From the NCBI GenBank assembly GCA_038087875.1, contig CM075988.1, positions 11,658,001-11,718,000 of the forward strand: a stretch of 60,000 nt of DNA, written 5' to 3'. Each line of letters opens with the position of its first letter. Position 1 is the stretch's first letter. Shown in pieces: positions 22,971 through 35,640 of this stretch. A program made the position numbers and the translations under genes. The notes below the pieces were generated by a model that made no database searches, was not told the origin of the DNA, and was given only the letters and a program-made list of their open reading frames with translations. Source of the DNA: Malacoraja senta. Taxonomy: Eukaryota.

Positions 22971-25669
22971 AGGCTAATAAAGTGGCCATCCTATTTTACC
23001 ACATTTTTCTTTCATTTTTTGTTATTTTATCTAGATGAAAAGGCAAGGGCATGGCAGATGATGCTTCATTAACTACGAAGTCACATTATATCCTAATTAC
23101 TGGAACCCACTCAGTGATGACAGTTGGAGAATGGCAATCTCTTCATTTTGTGGCTAAACAGCTCACAATGTCTCTCCCTCTGTAATGCACGCCGGTTCTA
23201 TTTGTTCGAAGCTGGTTTTGTTGGCTAAGGACTAAATATGGTGGTTTTTACGTATGAATGGTTCCTTTTGTTTTGACACTTGGCCTTTGAAGACCATTAT
23301 GCTGGCACTGATATGTGTTAATGCATGTTTCACATGAGCTCCTTAAAGGCCAACATTCCTTAATTGCTGTTTTTACAGTGGAAGCACTAGGGGTTTGGCT
23401 ATTAAGAACATATAATTGCAGTTATTTTTAATTATTGATTTCCAGCAGAATAATACACCTGTGAAGCTGCCGTCGTTGTATCTCACATTGCGGATGGACT
23501 AAGTATAATGTTGACTGGAGCTGCAGATTTTAATTTTCATTCAGGCAGACTTAATGGGCTGCTGTACAAATTGTCAGGCATTCCACTTGATATTAGTTAG
23601 AAGAGGAAAGTGATGAAAGGGTGCTTTACTGACCATTCGTACTGTTTGAGCTTCACATTATCAAGTTGGATCGAGCCCCCTTCAAAATTAATCAAATGCA
23701 TGGCAAACCTTTTCAGGTTCAGGATGGCAATATAGCCTTGTGCTTGGGGAATTCTTTTGAAAAGGTTGGACTGTGATCAAAATTCACTTCCAACATTACA
23801 GCAAATTTCCAATCTACTGCGAATCCTTCAGTAAAATGGGCCCCTACAGATTAATGCAGATGTGCATTATATCTCGAGAATGACTATCTCAAGGAAGAGG
23901 AATAGCTTCATTAATTGTTCCAATCTCTTGTGGAAAAGAATGATTAGTGAATTTGAGGAAGCCGACTATATTATTACTGATGAGGTTATTCTTATCATTG
24001 CCGTAATGGATAGGGAAGACAGATTGCATCTCAAACCATCATTAACTCCTGTTCACTTTTGCCTGTTAAATGCCACTGCAATGATTGTCATCAATTTTAA
24101 AGGCATCATTTGGAAGATTAATTGACAAAGGTCCCCATGAAGCTTATCTATTTAATCTTAGCACATTTTTACTCCTTAAAAATTCAAGGTTAAAGTCTTT
24201 GAACAGTGTGTTGAGGGCAGCTAAGGATGTGTAAATACTGATTTTTTTACCCCTCCCCACTACTGCATATATGAATATCGATTGTTTTCCACTTGAGTGG
24301 AATGTGCCTCTGCTTATTTTTGGGTCACGTGCCACCACTCTGAAAATTCCACCAGGCACTTCCAGTGATGAATTGTGTCTGTGGCAGTCATGCATTTCTT
24401 GAATCGAATGATAATCCATGCAATGTGACCCCAGGGATATTCCTTCAGCTGCCTTCAACATGCATCTGTTCTGAGACACGATCAGACGAACAGGTCTTTA
24501 ATAGCACTGATGGTGTGCAGCTATTCAATTTAAAGGTCCCCCCCCCCCCCCCCAAGCAGGTCCCAGACTAGCACTGGGATGTCAACTGGTGTGTGCTTCC
24601 TCCAAATCCATTGTTACCTGCACTCCCTCATATCATTACTCATAACCCAGTTCACAAGCTTTGGCTATCAACCATCCCTACTAGTATAGTGGTCTCTCAA
24701 TCCCATTCTCCAATCCTGTTAATCTCTCAAACCCTAGAGTTATGTCACTCCTCAGACTTCAATCCACAATACCCTTCATCACCTAATCCTTGCTGCATGA
24801 ACCCCTCCCCAGGCCCAAAGGAATTGTCCTAATTATTTGTCCTGGGCTTGTTAAACAATTTTATTGAACCCAATGTCCAGATTCAGTTATCTAATCACTA
24901 AGCACCAAGTTTTTTCCCCAAATACCCTGGCTTTACTGCCAGATAACGTGCTGTGTTTTTTTCTTGTTAAACTTGGCAATTACACAGCGCATAAAATAAA
25001 CAATACTATTCCGTTATCCCTGATGTCTTCAGCTCTCATTCTCTGTGCCTAAGGGAGTGCGACTCCTTGAGAGTGTTGGTGAACCTCGAGGACTATGTTC
25101 TTTATAAAAGTAACAACAACAGCAGAAGTGTTTAAGTTTAGCAAAATAATAGTGAAAGGTTTGAACCCAAGTAAGTTTTCTAAACTCAAATGAACTGATT
25201 TGTAGCGGTTTCTGCCACGTCTGATTTACCATTTTTAGTTTGCATTTTGTCACATGGGCATCAACCATGAGTAAAGTTGAGTTTATTTTACGTGTGATCT
25301 TTCTCTAAAAATGGCATAAAAATTTCCGATCAATACAACAGTCCTATTAATGTTCCACATCATAGTTTTGTACTTGAATAACATCAGAGGGCCACCAGCT
25401 TGAAAACAGGCCATCTGCAATCTACAGTGTTAAGAGTCACAAAAATATTTCTTATTCTCTCTCGGTTGATATTTCTCTTTCATTTTCTTCCTCTTCTGGA
25501 ATTACAGGGCCTACATCTGCTTCTATTGTCTGTTGTTTACGTTTTTTTAGGTTTAGAGATACAGCACGGAAACGGGTCCTTCGACCCACCAAGTCCACAC
25601 TGACCAGCAATCCCCGCAAATTTACACTGTCCAACACACACGAGGGACAATTTTTACATTTACCAAGCC

Positions 25670-25809
25670 TTCTTCTTCTTGCGTATGGCATGCACAGCCT
25701 AAAGTTGTAGGACAACTTATTCTATTTGATCTTATTTGATTATTCACGCCGGGTTGATTACATTTGTCGAAACAGGGTGGACCATGTGAAGGTTGCAATC
25801 TTCCACCCC
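25670..25809 (-). mobile_element. 140-bp non-autonomous retroposon with a 5' HDV-like ribozyme and (GAA)n tail
   Basis: TSD ATTTACCAAGCC at 25658-25669 and 25810-25821; 3' end GCCATACGCAAGAAGAAGAA; no Pol III boxes. Confidence 0.85.
25756..25809 (-). ncRNA. Minimal HDV-like self-cleaving ribozyme (54 nt)
   Basis: P1 GGGGUGG/CCACCCU with G1.U wobble; J1/2 AA; P2 GAUUGCA/UGUAAUC; P3 ACC/GGU; L3 UUCACAU; P1.1 G; mini-P4 U(UUCG)A; J4/2 C-AAA. Confidence 0.8.
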
Positions 25810-27309
25810 ATTTACCAAGCCAATTTACCGACATACCTGTATGTCTTTAGAGTGTGGGAGGAAACCGAAGATCTCGGAGAAAACCCACGCAGGTCACAGG
25901 GAGAACGTACAAACTCCGCACAGACTGCTCCCGCAGTCGGGATGTAACCCGGGTCTCCAGCACTGCAAGCGCTGCAAGGCAGCAACTCTAACGCTGCGCC
26001 ACTGCGTCCCCACATGTTCTTGTGCTCTGAAGCAAATTGCACTCTTCCTTGCATTGTCGTGCACATACTGGTGGTCCTCACTGGTGACTCCATGCCACGT
26101 GCAGTGGAGGTCTAGTTAAATAGTGAAAAAATAAAGTCAATGCTTTGCTGAACTTGTGTATGCATGTACTTTTGACGGTAATGACTGGCCTGCAGCCAGA
26201 TACAGATGGAGTGGCTTTTTTTTAATCTTGCCTGGTCATGCTGATATTATTTATAGCATCCCATTACTGCCCAAAGGAGCCCACTAACGACTGAGGCCTG
26301 GCTCATTTGTATGATTCTGTGTCACTCCGTGTGGTTTCTTTACCAGTAACCCATCAGGGAAACTAATTGTTACATTAAAATAGATGGGAGTAATTGCCGA
26401 AGCTCAAGTGTTGGGGAAATTGTTCGGCCGGCAGAGGTTTCTCTGCTGGTTATCAATGCAGACTTTATGAATTGATAGATAATGTGAAGCTGCAATAGGT
26501 CATGTGTTTCTGACAAGGGAATGAAATGTTGGCTCAAGCACCTGAAATACATTTATTACATTACAGTGGCTGCCATAAATGTGACTACATCTAGCCACCC
26601 TATAAATTGAAGTTACTTCCTCCCTGTGGTCTGTCAACATCAAAATTCATGAACAGTATAGTTTATGCTCAGAGAAGCTATAATCTAAGAACATAAAGGC
26701 AAGGGAAAATAGGAAATGAATAGGATGTGCATCAGATTTCCCTTAGAATTTTGTATTTTAGCTACTTCAGTTACATTAAGTATTAGCTGCAATATCTGTA
26801 ACCACTTTCAAGACTTCCAGTGAAGTCTTTGGACTTTCTTCTTCAAGTGATACACTTCAGAGCTATAACTACTTGGAAATTACTATGTTCGTACCCACTC
26901 GATTCCACCCACACCCAGGACACAATAAAATGTTCTACATGGTTGTGAACAGGAGAACAGCATGGTCCTGGGGAAGTGGCGGGGTGCAGGAGGGGAGGGG
27001 AGGGGAGGGGGTGGGGGCGGCAGAATTGGAAGCGGTGAAGAGGAGATCAGTGTTCCACACTGAAATATGCAAGACCAGAAATCCATGCATATGTTTCTTG
27101 CCATAAAAACCTGCCCGTGTAGTTCAGTTCAATTTAATTTAGTTTATTGTAATGTGTAGTGAGGTACAGTGAAAAGCCTTATTTCATGTCATTTCCGGGG
27201 CAAAGCCAGTCTGGAGATTTTCAGGGAAGATTATATCTGGCTGATTCAAAGAATGTCAATTGTTGAGATCCACAAATGAACAAAGTTCTTGTGGAACTTG
27301 ACTAAAGGC

Positions 27310-27480
27310 AAAACAATTGTGTGGAATATGCAGTATGTCAGGCAGCATCCACAGAAAGAAAAAATAAATAAATATTTCAGGCTGAAAACATCTGACCTGA
27401 AACATTGGCTTTGTTCCTCTTTCCACAGAGGCTGCCTGATCTGCCAAGAGCCTTCAGCATTTTCTGGTTTTTTTCCTGGA
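27310..27480. mobile_element. Old palindromic Penelope-derived element
   Basis: TCAGGCAGCATCCACAG...TTTCAGG | CCTGAAAC...GGCTGCCTGA inverted arms. Confidence 0.6.
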
Positions 27481-30400
27481 TTTAAATCTTTTTATTTTCA
27501 TGGAGTTTCTCACACTTCACCCATGTAATTTAAAGTTCTGATTTGGTTCCTGCCAGACACTAAGTAATTGACTCGGAGCCAGTTCAGCCAGGTCCCCTTT
27601 AAATTTGCTTTTCTTCCATGTGGCCATCCTAAACCAACCACTCCCTATCCTTCCACACATAGTACCATCATGTCCTTCAATCAATCATCTGACCTTTCCA
27701 TTCATACAACTATCAGTCCCCATTACACCAACCCTGGTCCATTGATAACACATTTATTCACCCACTCATCCCTTCCAGATGCTGATCGCCCAGAATTGGC
27801 TCCCCTTCATCGCCACACACCAATCACTGGATGGGCCACCCATTGATTACCTGACATGTCTCGTCCAACCCTGAGCCCATTAACGTTCCATCCAACAGGT
27901 ACCGCTGCCGGCACTGAATCCCACTGGTGATCGACGAACATTACCCGACTATTGCCCTAACCTCACCATCCCACCACTCTTCCAATTTAGATCCAGCACT
28001 CTCGCCTCTATCCCATCAGATCTGTGACAGAACTTGCGTGTTTTCCTTTGAGGTGTGGCATTTGCAAACCTTTCCTGTTTTGAAGTTTAATTGCTCTAGG
28101 TGCATCGGCTTCAAGCGTTCCTGAATTTCTCTTCTCATGACCCAAATTGGCACTCGGACCCAATTATCGCACTATTGGAGCTCCCAAGGTAAAGCACATT
28201 CAAACCTTTTTTGGGGCGAGGGGAATTCACCTGACAAATAAATGAAGAATGCATTGATAGGTAAATTGATGTCCATTTATTGCAACTCCTTTCATTGTGG
28301 CTTTTATATTACACAAATTCCAAATTGTTTCTATCCCATTGTCAAGTTTTGTTTGTCATCACTTATAAAATGAAGCAAAAATCTTTTCTGCACATATGTA
28401 TCTTCTTCATTCTGTGCCAAGCTGAGAATGTTCCAAATAAGCTCTGTCATCACAATCTTGGCAAGCTTGTTGTAGCTGTCAGAGCAAAATGTGACTGACT
28501 CATTTTACAGAGTAATGGTGCCCAGCATTTGATGATTGCAGTCAAATGAACACAACAAAACTAATCATAGCTGGTCTCCGAATCTTAACTCCCAGCAAGA
28601 GCAAACTAAATTTTCCCTTCCTGTCATAAATCATTCCAACATTTCGGAAGCAAAGCAGAGATGATTCTTCCATTTGCCACACACTTTGTAATATGCAACC
28701 AACATATTTACTACTGGCAGTGCATAAGATACAGTGCTGTTCTGCAACGTTTCAAAAAGCATGTTTATTTACCAAGGAAGTTGCTTCAAATTGTAGTTAA
28801 TTCGAAGTAAAAGATTACAAAATGATTGATGATAAATGGTTCCGTGGTCCATTGAATCCCAGTCGTAAAGTTTTCTATTTGAAGAAAAGGAAACTTGTTT
28901 TCTTGCATGTTTAATGTTCGGAAATTCGTGTAAGAGAATATGCTCAGTTGACCAGTTTGATAAATAGCAAGTAACAGGCTCGTTACTGGGATTGTTGGCA
29001 ATGTGGTAGCACTGATGTTAAATGGTGCAGTCCAAACAAAATTGCTTCTCTATGGAAATTGTGTGATTTAATTGCTGTGGATGGTGGTACTGTGAAGGTC
29101 CTGGCAGATGTAAAACATTAGTTGAATTGATCATGCAGTTTTATTCAGGAATTGTTGTATAGTATAGCAGATATTATTTATCAATGCACCTAGAACAAAT
29201 ACATGGTGATTTATGAAAAGATCAATCTGTCTGATTGGAGTGTCGTGTTTCTATATATTTTATTGAGCCATTCCTTATTGTTTAAGACACTAATATGAAG
29301 GATTAGTAGCCATGTCGAGCAGGAGAGCTGAGAAACTCGGCTATAAAAAACAGAGGTACAGATGTCCAGTGGGATATATAAACATGTATTTGCACACATC
29401 CAAGCTTTACCAAATGCAAAATCCATAAATCTCATGGATTTTATTTGCTTCACCTAATAGAGCTAAAAAAAGAACAGTGAAAGATAGACACACTTTCACT
29501 GAAATATTTGGACTGGATGCCAATGCATTCTTCCTTAGCCTATCCTAATTGCAAACTAATTGAAGCAGGATGATGAAGCATGTACAGGCAGATCTGATTA
29601 ATGGCACTTATTTAAAGAAGCTGATGACATTATTGCTTCAAATAATGCAAAGGAAAATTACATCAGCTAATTATCGATTGCAGAATTACATTTAGCTGGA
29701 GTCTAAGTAGTCAACGCTATTTATTAAACAGAAAAATTGGTTTCACTTAAAGGGGCTTTGTTTCGTTCCAAAGTCAGATGACTTTGTCACACCATTGTGG
29801 TTATATCACTGCCTTTGCTAAATCTTTGGAGCAAAGTGTTTCTCAAAAGTATCGTGCTCTTCCCCAAACCTGGAAACAACCTTCCTTGTTCCATTAGCTC
29901 TGCCTCACTCCCCTGTATGTCAGCAGCCAAACAAGAAAGCAGTGCTTGTGAATGTAGTTACAACATTTAGTTTGTGTTTGTTTGAACAATGACATTAACC
30001 ATGATGGGCCTGCTGTTCCCAGCAATGTAAACATTGAATGCTTTGTTGATGAATATATCTTTTAGTTGAATTTTGCCAAATAATTCAGTTACTGATGGGT
30101 ATCTGTTCAAGGGGCACATAGCAACCACTATCTTGTCTTCAGAATGGTCACATTCCCCATCACATTGTAATGCAAATAATTAATGTCATCTTTTACAAAA
30201 GCATTGTTGAGTGCATAACATTAAAGAAATTAAAATGCCCCCTTCCAAATGGTGGTGTAATAAAAGCAAGCGAACCATTGAAATCAATTGAAACTCCTTT
30301 GGATGTCACTGTAATATTACTGGGTTAGTGGGACAATGCAGTTTTGTGGAACAGTATCCCTGGGGAGTGACACCAGGCATGTTTTGAATTGTAAGTACCT

Positions 30401-30764
30401 GGACAAGAAGGCACATCATAATGTTTCAGAATGAATGTAATAAATTTAAAGTGGAGACCCTTCAGAGGAACTTCCTGGCATTCTTGGCATGTCCAATGTT
30501 CCAGGAGCAGGCTCATAAATAATGAGTAACAAGCACATACTAAGTGGTTTAATGGAATGATAATAAAATGAAGCTTCTAACTTCCTTGGATTTTGTGGTC
30601 GGTGATGAATCAACAGCCTTCATCACTGACCACAAAGAAAGATGCCCGAAAAACAATATCCGCGGTGTGGACATTCCTGTTACCAACTCGATTACAGTCA
30701 GTTATCGATTTAAGGAAGGCCTGGCAAAACTATGGTGTCATCTAACTGGTTATGCAGCCCACTA

Positions 30765-31075
30765 GGTTAGTTCTGAGATGCAGCATAGGAACGGGACCGA
30801 CAGCCTAACGAGTCCACACTGACCATCGATCAGCCGTTTTCACCAGTACTATGTTAACCCACTATCATATCTACTCCCTACGCACAAGGGGCAATTTTAG
30901 AGAGGTCAATTAACCTTTAAACCGGCAAGTTTTTGGGGTGTAGGGGGAAACTGGAGCATCTAACGGAAACCTACGCGGTCCCAGGGAAAGAAACGTGCAA
31001 ACTCCACGGGTATAGAACCCAATGTCAGGATCGAACCTGGGACTCTGGCACCTTGCGGCTGTGCCACTGTGCTGC
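30765..31075 (-). mobile_element. V-SINE (decayed)
   Basis: GGGCAATTTTAGAGAGGTCAATTAACC, V-domain and B-box complement GGATCGAACC. Confidence 0.8.
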
Positions 31076-31659
31076 CTCTACTTTGAAGAGTTCTTGCCAA
31101 TGGCAAGCCACTAACGTCAAGAGTTTAAAAAATATAACTTTTAACATGATTTAATATTTTGCAGACCATGAAATATGAATGAAAGATACTTTGAAAATAA
31201 TTGAAATTGTTGAAATAGGATAAAAACATTAAAAATGATATTACATTTTAAAGCATCTGAGGCAATTCCAGACCATATATTTATCAAGTACATTGGCTGT
31301 ACCAAAGAATATGCGAAGCAGCAATTATCAATTGGTGCACCATTGAAAATTCACTTGCACCTCATGCGATAAAGCATAGCATTTTCCAGGTACATTTCAG
31401 AGGGATTGAGATGTGAAAATAACCTGATGTTCTCATCAATGCACTAATTTCCCATGGTGAAGATGGAGAAGACTGCAACGGAACAGAGCCAATGTAGGCT
31501 TGGGGGATGAGTGCTGGAGAAATGAGCCAGTACACAAATCCACATTGTTGACAGCTTTGCCCATAATCATGACTGTAAAATCCCTGGCAACACTGCTGTA
31601 TTTGGCACCAACTTGCTGCAGTCCTGCATTCTATGCCCTTAAATCCTTTCCATTTCAGC

Positions 31660-31975
31660 ACAGTGACACAACTGGTGGAGTCACTGCCTCACACTGCCTG
31701 ATATCCAGTTCGATGGTGACTTCTGGTGCTGTCTGTGTGAAGTTTGCATGTTCTCCCTGTGACCATGTGGGTGTACTCCAGGTGGTCCAGATTCCTCCCA
31801 CTTCCCAAAGACGTATGGGATTGTAAATTATTCAGCCTCTGTAAATTGCCCCTAGTGTGTAGGAAGTGAATGTGAAAGTGGGATGACATAGAACTGGTGT
31901 GAATGGCTGATCGATGGTTGGCGTGGACCCAATGGACCAAAGGGGATGTTTCCATGCTGTATCTTTCAAACACTA
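31660..31975 (+). mobile_element. V-SINE
   Basis: GTCTGTGTGAAGTTTGCATGTTCTCCCTGTGACC V-domain; tail TTTCCATGCTGTATCT. Confidence 0.85.
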
Positions 31976-34900
31976 AGGCAAACTCTGTGAAATGGAGGTG
32001 ATATCATAGATCCAAAATAACAAAATCATGTAGGTGTACCAAACATGGGGAACTAAATTGCCATGGGAAACCAAAAAATATATCATGCTGGAACTGTAAC
32101 ACAAAAATAAAATGCAAATAGTGCAGGCAGCATGCGTGTAGCGACAAATCGTTTACACATCAGGTTAATGACCTGTTATCAGAAGCAGGTTTGTGGACTC
32201 AGAGACAACAAAGAGACCCTTTGGCCCATTTTATTCATGCTGACCATCAAACATCCACTTTTGCACATCCTAGTCAAAAAATATCTTAATTCTTCCCCAC
32301 CTCCACGAACTCGCCCCAGATTCTACCGCTCATTTACACGTTGGGGCAATTTATAATGGGAAATTAATCCAACATTGTTTTTGATTCTACCATCAATATT
32401 ATACACTTTTGAGGATGAACAAATACTATTGTCTCTCTACCGATCAGCTATTATGCCATAATTTATGTTATTTTCCATTTTGCCAGGAGGTCATTTGGCC
32501 CACTGAGTCCATCCTGGCTCTATTAGCTCACTATCCCTGAACAGCACCTCATTTATTCTCAATGCTTCTCTGATGACGATCTGAAATTCTGCCAGGCACC
32601 AACAAGACCAGAACTATAACTCGACTCCATAGGTTTGTTCAGATATGAAGCAATCTTTAAAAATTTGCCAGACAGCTATTTTGAAGATAATGGGATAATA
32701 ACTTGCTTCAGGCATTGAAACAAAATGGTTGGCATCCGACTTGAATGCAATGGAACTGAAGAATAAATTCTGTGCATTGCAGATACAATAGGTGCAGGAG
32801 TTGGCCATTTGGCCCTTCGATACCTGATCTAATAATAAGCATTTCGTACAACTAATGGAAATGCACTATTCTGCTGCTTTCTCTCAAAAGACTCAATTAA
32901 CATTTTTTTTTTCCTTTAAGGTGTTGCAATGAAATTTCAAACAAAATAAATTATGAACAAAATCAGATAAATCTCAGCAGGTTAGACAGAACCTGTGGAA
33001 AGAGAATTTAAGTTAATATTTCAGGTTGAGGATACTTTGTCCAGCATTTTCTGTTTTGGACTTTCTAACATCTGTAATTTTCTGGATTTTCCAAATATTC
33101 CCGGACTGTTATCCATTCCCAATATATTTTCTTCCAGTTCTTTCTAATGCAATTTATGTTTTTATAATCCATGACTGCATCTTCACAACCCATATCCTCC
33201 ACCTCTGAAATTATATTCCAACCATTGGTGGGGTTTTTTAAGTGGCTTGCATTGTTTTTGATTCCTTCGCTAATCACCTTCATTTCTTTCCCTCTGATTC
33301 TTGTCCATTACGCACAACTTTTGTGATTTAAACACTTTATCCATGCCATCTCAACAATAGGTTTAAATACCAAGGCAAATGGCTCTGGTTTCTCCAGTCC
33401 ATCCACTAAATCTCTCCATCTTTGGAATTCTAGTAAATCACTTCTGCGCACTTGATCTTTCCTTCATGCCCATTGCCCAAGACTGGGCATAATGCTCTCC
33501 TTTGTAGCTGAACGATGTACTAAGATCTGTCATGACATGCTCTTTTATACTCAATGACTTCATTGATAAAGCCCAGATTTCTGAAGCCTATTTCAACTTG
33601 TAGGACACTGCTAATGGTTCAATCACATGTATGCCTTCACCTCTCCAGCTACCCATCTCAAATTGTGCCTTTTGGTTTACATTTCCTTTCATTGTTCTTA
33701 TAAAATTTAACATTGCATTTTCCCTATAAAATGTAATCTGTCACTTGCACACATTCTACTACCAGGTCTTGTCCTCTTGAAGTTTGTTGAAGCTCATTAT
33801 ACTTCAGCATTAGACATTGACACTTCAACTTTCCAATTTTTAATGAGAATAAGACACTCTGATCATGTAAAGGTGATGGCCATACATTATTTTGAGAAGG
33901 CTTCCCACAGGGTGGCCTCTAACTTTCCCATTGTCTTCAGCTTGAAAACTTTTTGCTCTGTATCTTGCTTGCAGTCTGAACTAAAAAATGGCATGGTAAA
34001 GACACTGGATGGCCTGTGATTAACATGAAGAATGAATCAGATGTCTTGTGTCTTTTACCTATGTTATTGAAGGATTGCGAAGGGGGAAAAAAGTGGGAGA
34101 AAATATGTGAATTAAAATTCAGAGGAATAGGAAGAAAATGGGAAAAGATAGAGAAATAACTGTTGTTATTTAAATAAAGGAGCAATATAAATGAAGCAAT
34201 GTAACTCCGTGGTTTACACAGTAACCTTTGTGGACTGGAAAGGTTGAGTGACAGAGCAGCAACATACATCTCTTAATTATAAAGGTGCTTATGGTTTTAA
34301 TTACCAATCCTAACGTTGGTGTTTAATTGGCCATGGATGGAGCTATTTCAGAACACTCATGGGGACGTTGAGCCTGAACTGTTGCTTTAGAGTGAAAAAA
34401 AATGGCAGAGCAACTCTCTGAGCAAATTTGCGGTGGTTCATAATTCACAGGGAGTATAATTCTTGTCAATTAGAATTTATAAATTAAGAATCGTGAGCAT
34501 CTGAAAACTCACCTTTATTTTGTCATCAAGCATTAATCATTGATGTTTATATCAGCCGAGTGTTTCAACAGAATTGTTGTCTCCTATGTCTTCAAATGAC
34601 ACAAAGAGGCCATTCAGCACATCAAGTCCCTGCTAGCTTTCACAGATGCAAGCTCTTTTGTCCCATTCCCTCTTTCCTTATTTCCTCGTTCCTCTGCATC
34701 AAGGGATATTCTCCCCTTAACATGCTAATCAACATCCCCTTGCCTTATTTGTCACTAAGCTACACTCAGTAATTTACAATAGCAAATTAATTTGCCACAA
34801 AACAGTAAGCCCTGCAGTTTGCTATAAGTGTGAGCAGATAATGAGGTAAGGGATTCAGACAATTTGAGATTGAAAGGAACAATGGAACCAAAAGTCTTAA

Positions 34901-35391
34901 AGAATGACATTTGAGGATCAGGAAAGAGATGAAGAAAATGTGGAGATATGCGAATAGAAATATGAAGAGTGGCAATGTTTTACTGACTGTCCATCAGTCT
35001 TCTGATTGGTCCTTCCATACAGCCCCGATTCTCCGATCTACCTCTTTGTGGAGATTGGACTTTGTCTTTGGAACTGCGGCACTACAATGCTGTGAAGTAT
35101 ATTCCGGATACTGTATCTTTCTCTTCATTTTGCCCATTGTATTTGAGTTTGGCTTGATTGTATTTATGTATAGTATTAGCTACACATACATGTATTAGCT
35201 TGATTGGATAGCATGCAAAACATAGCTTTTCACTGCACCGCAATACACATTCATTCATCATCGTTGAAAACATTAGCGACACAGTGGTGCTGGTTTCCAA
35301 CGGGATCGGTGACAGAAGCACCACACTTCTCTGTCCCCCAGTTCTTGCAGTCTTCTGCCGCTGGAAGTCTAGGATTTTGGTATGTGCGCTT

Positions 35392-35640
35392 TATCATCAT
35401 TCCTTAAATGTTATGAACAACAGTGATCGCAACTTCTACTGAAGTGTGGATGGCCATTGGCTCACTAGAAGCTCATCGTCCCTTTGACAAGTCTTGTTTT
35501 TGGTCCTGCTTGGGGTCCACAGCCCCCTCCTCACCTGCAAACCAGGTGGGGGATACCGTTTAGTCGCCGACTATCCGACCATGGAGCAGGTAGCATGGGA
35601 TTACATGGTACCCGTGGCGGGGGGAAATCCACCGACCTGA
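35392..35640 (-). mobile_element. Unclassified CpG-rich, structured short repeat
   Basis: GC-rich island in AT-rich context with several stems on the minus strand and an ATGATGAT-like end; no TSD seen. Confidence 0.35.

Larger units (their letters stand above)
25545..26010 (-). mobile_element. Full-length V-SINE interrupted by a 140-bp insertion
   Basis: Head GTGGCGCAGCGTTAGAGTTGCTGCC, V-domain and tail are collinear with SINE 346-621. Confidence 0.9.

Noticed and set aside
24590..24830. C-rich strand-biased segments (also 27620-28000) as tandem arrays
   Set aside because: No definable repeat unit or period.
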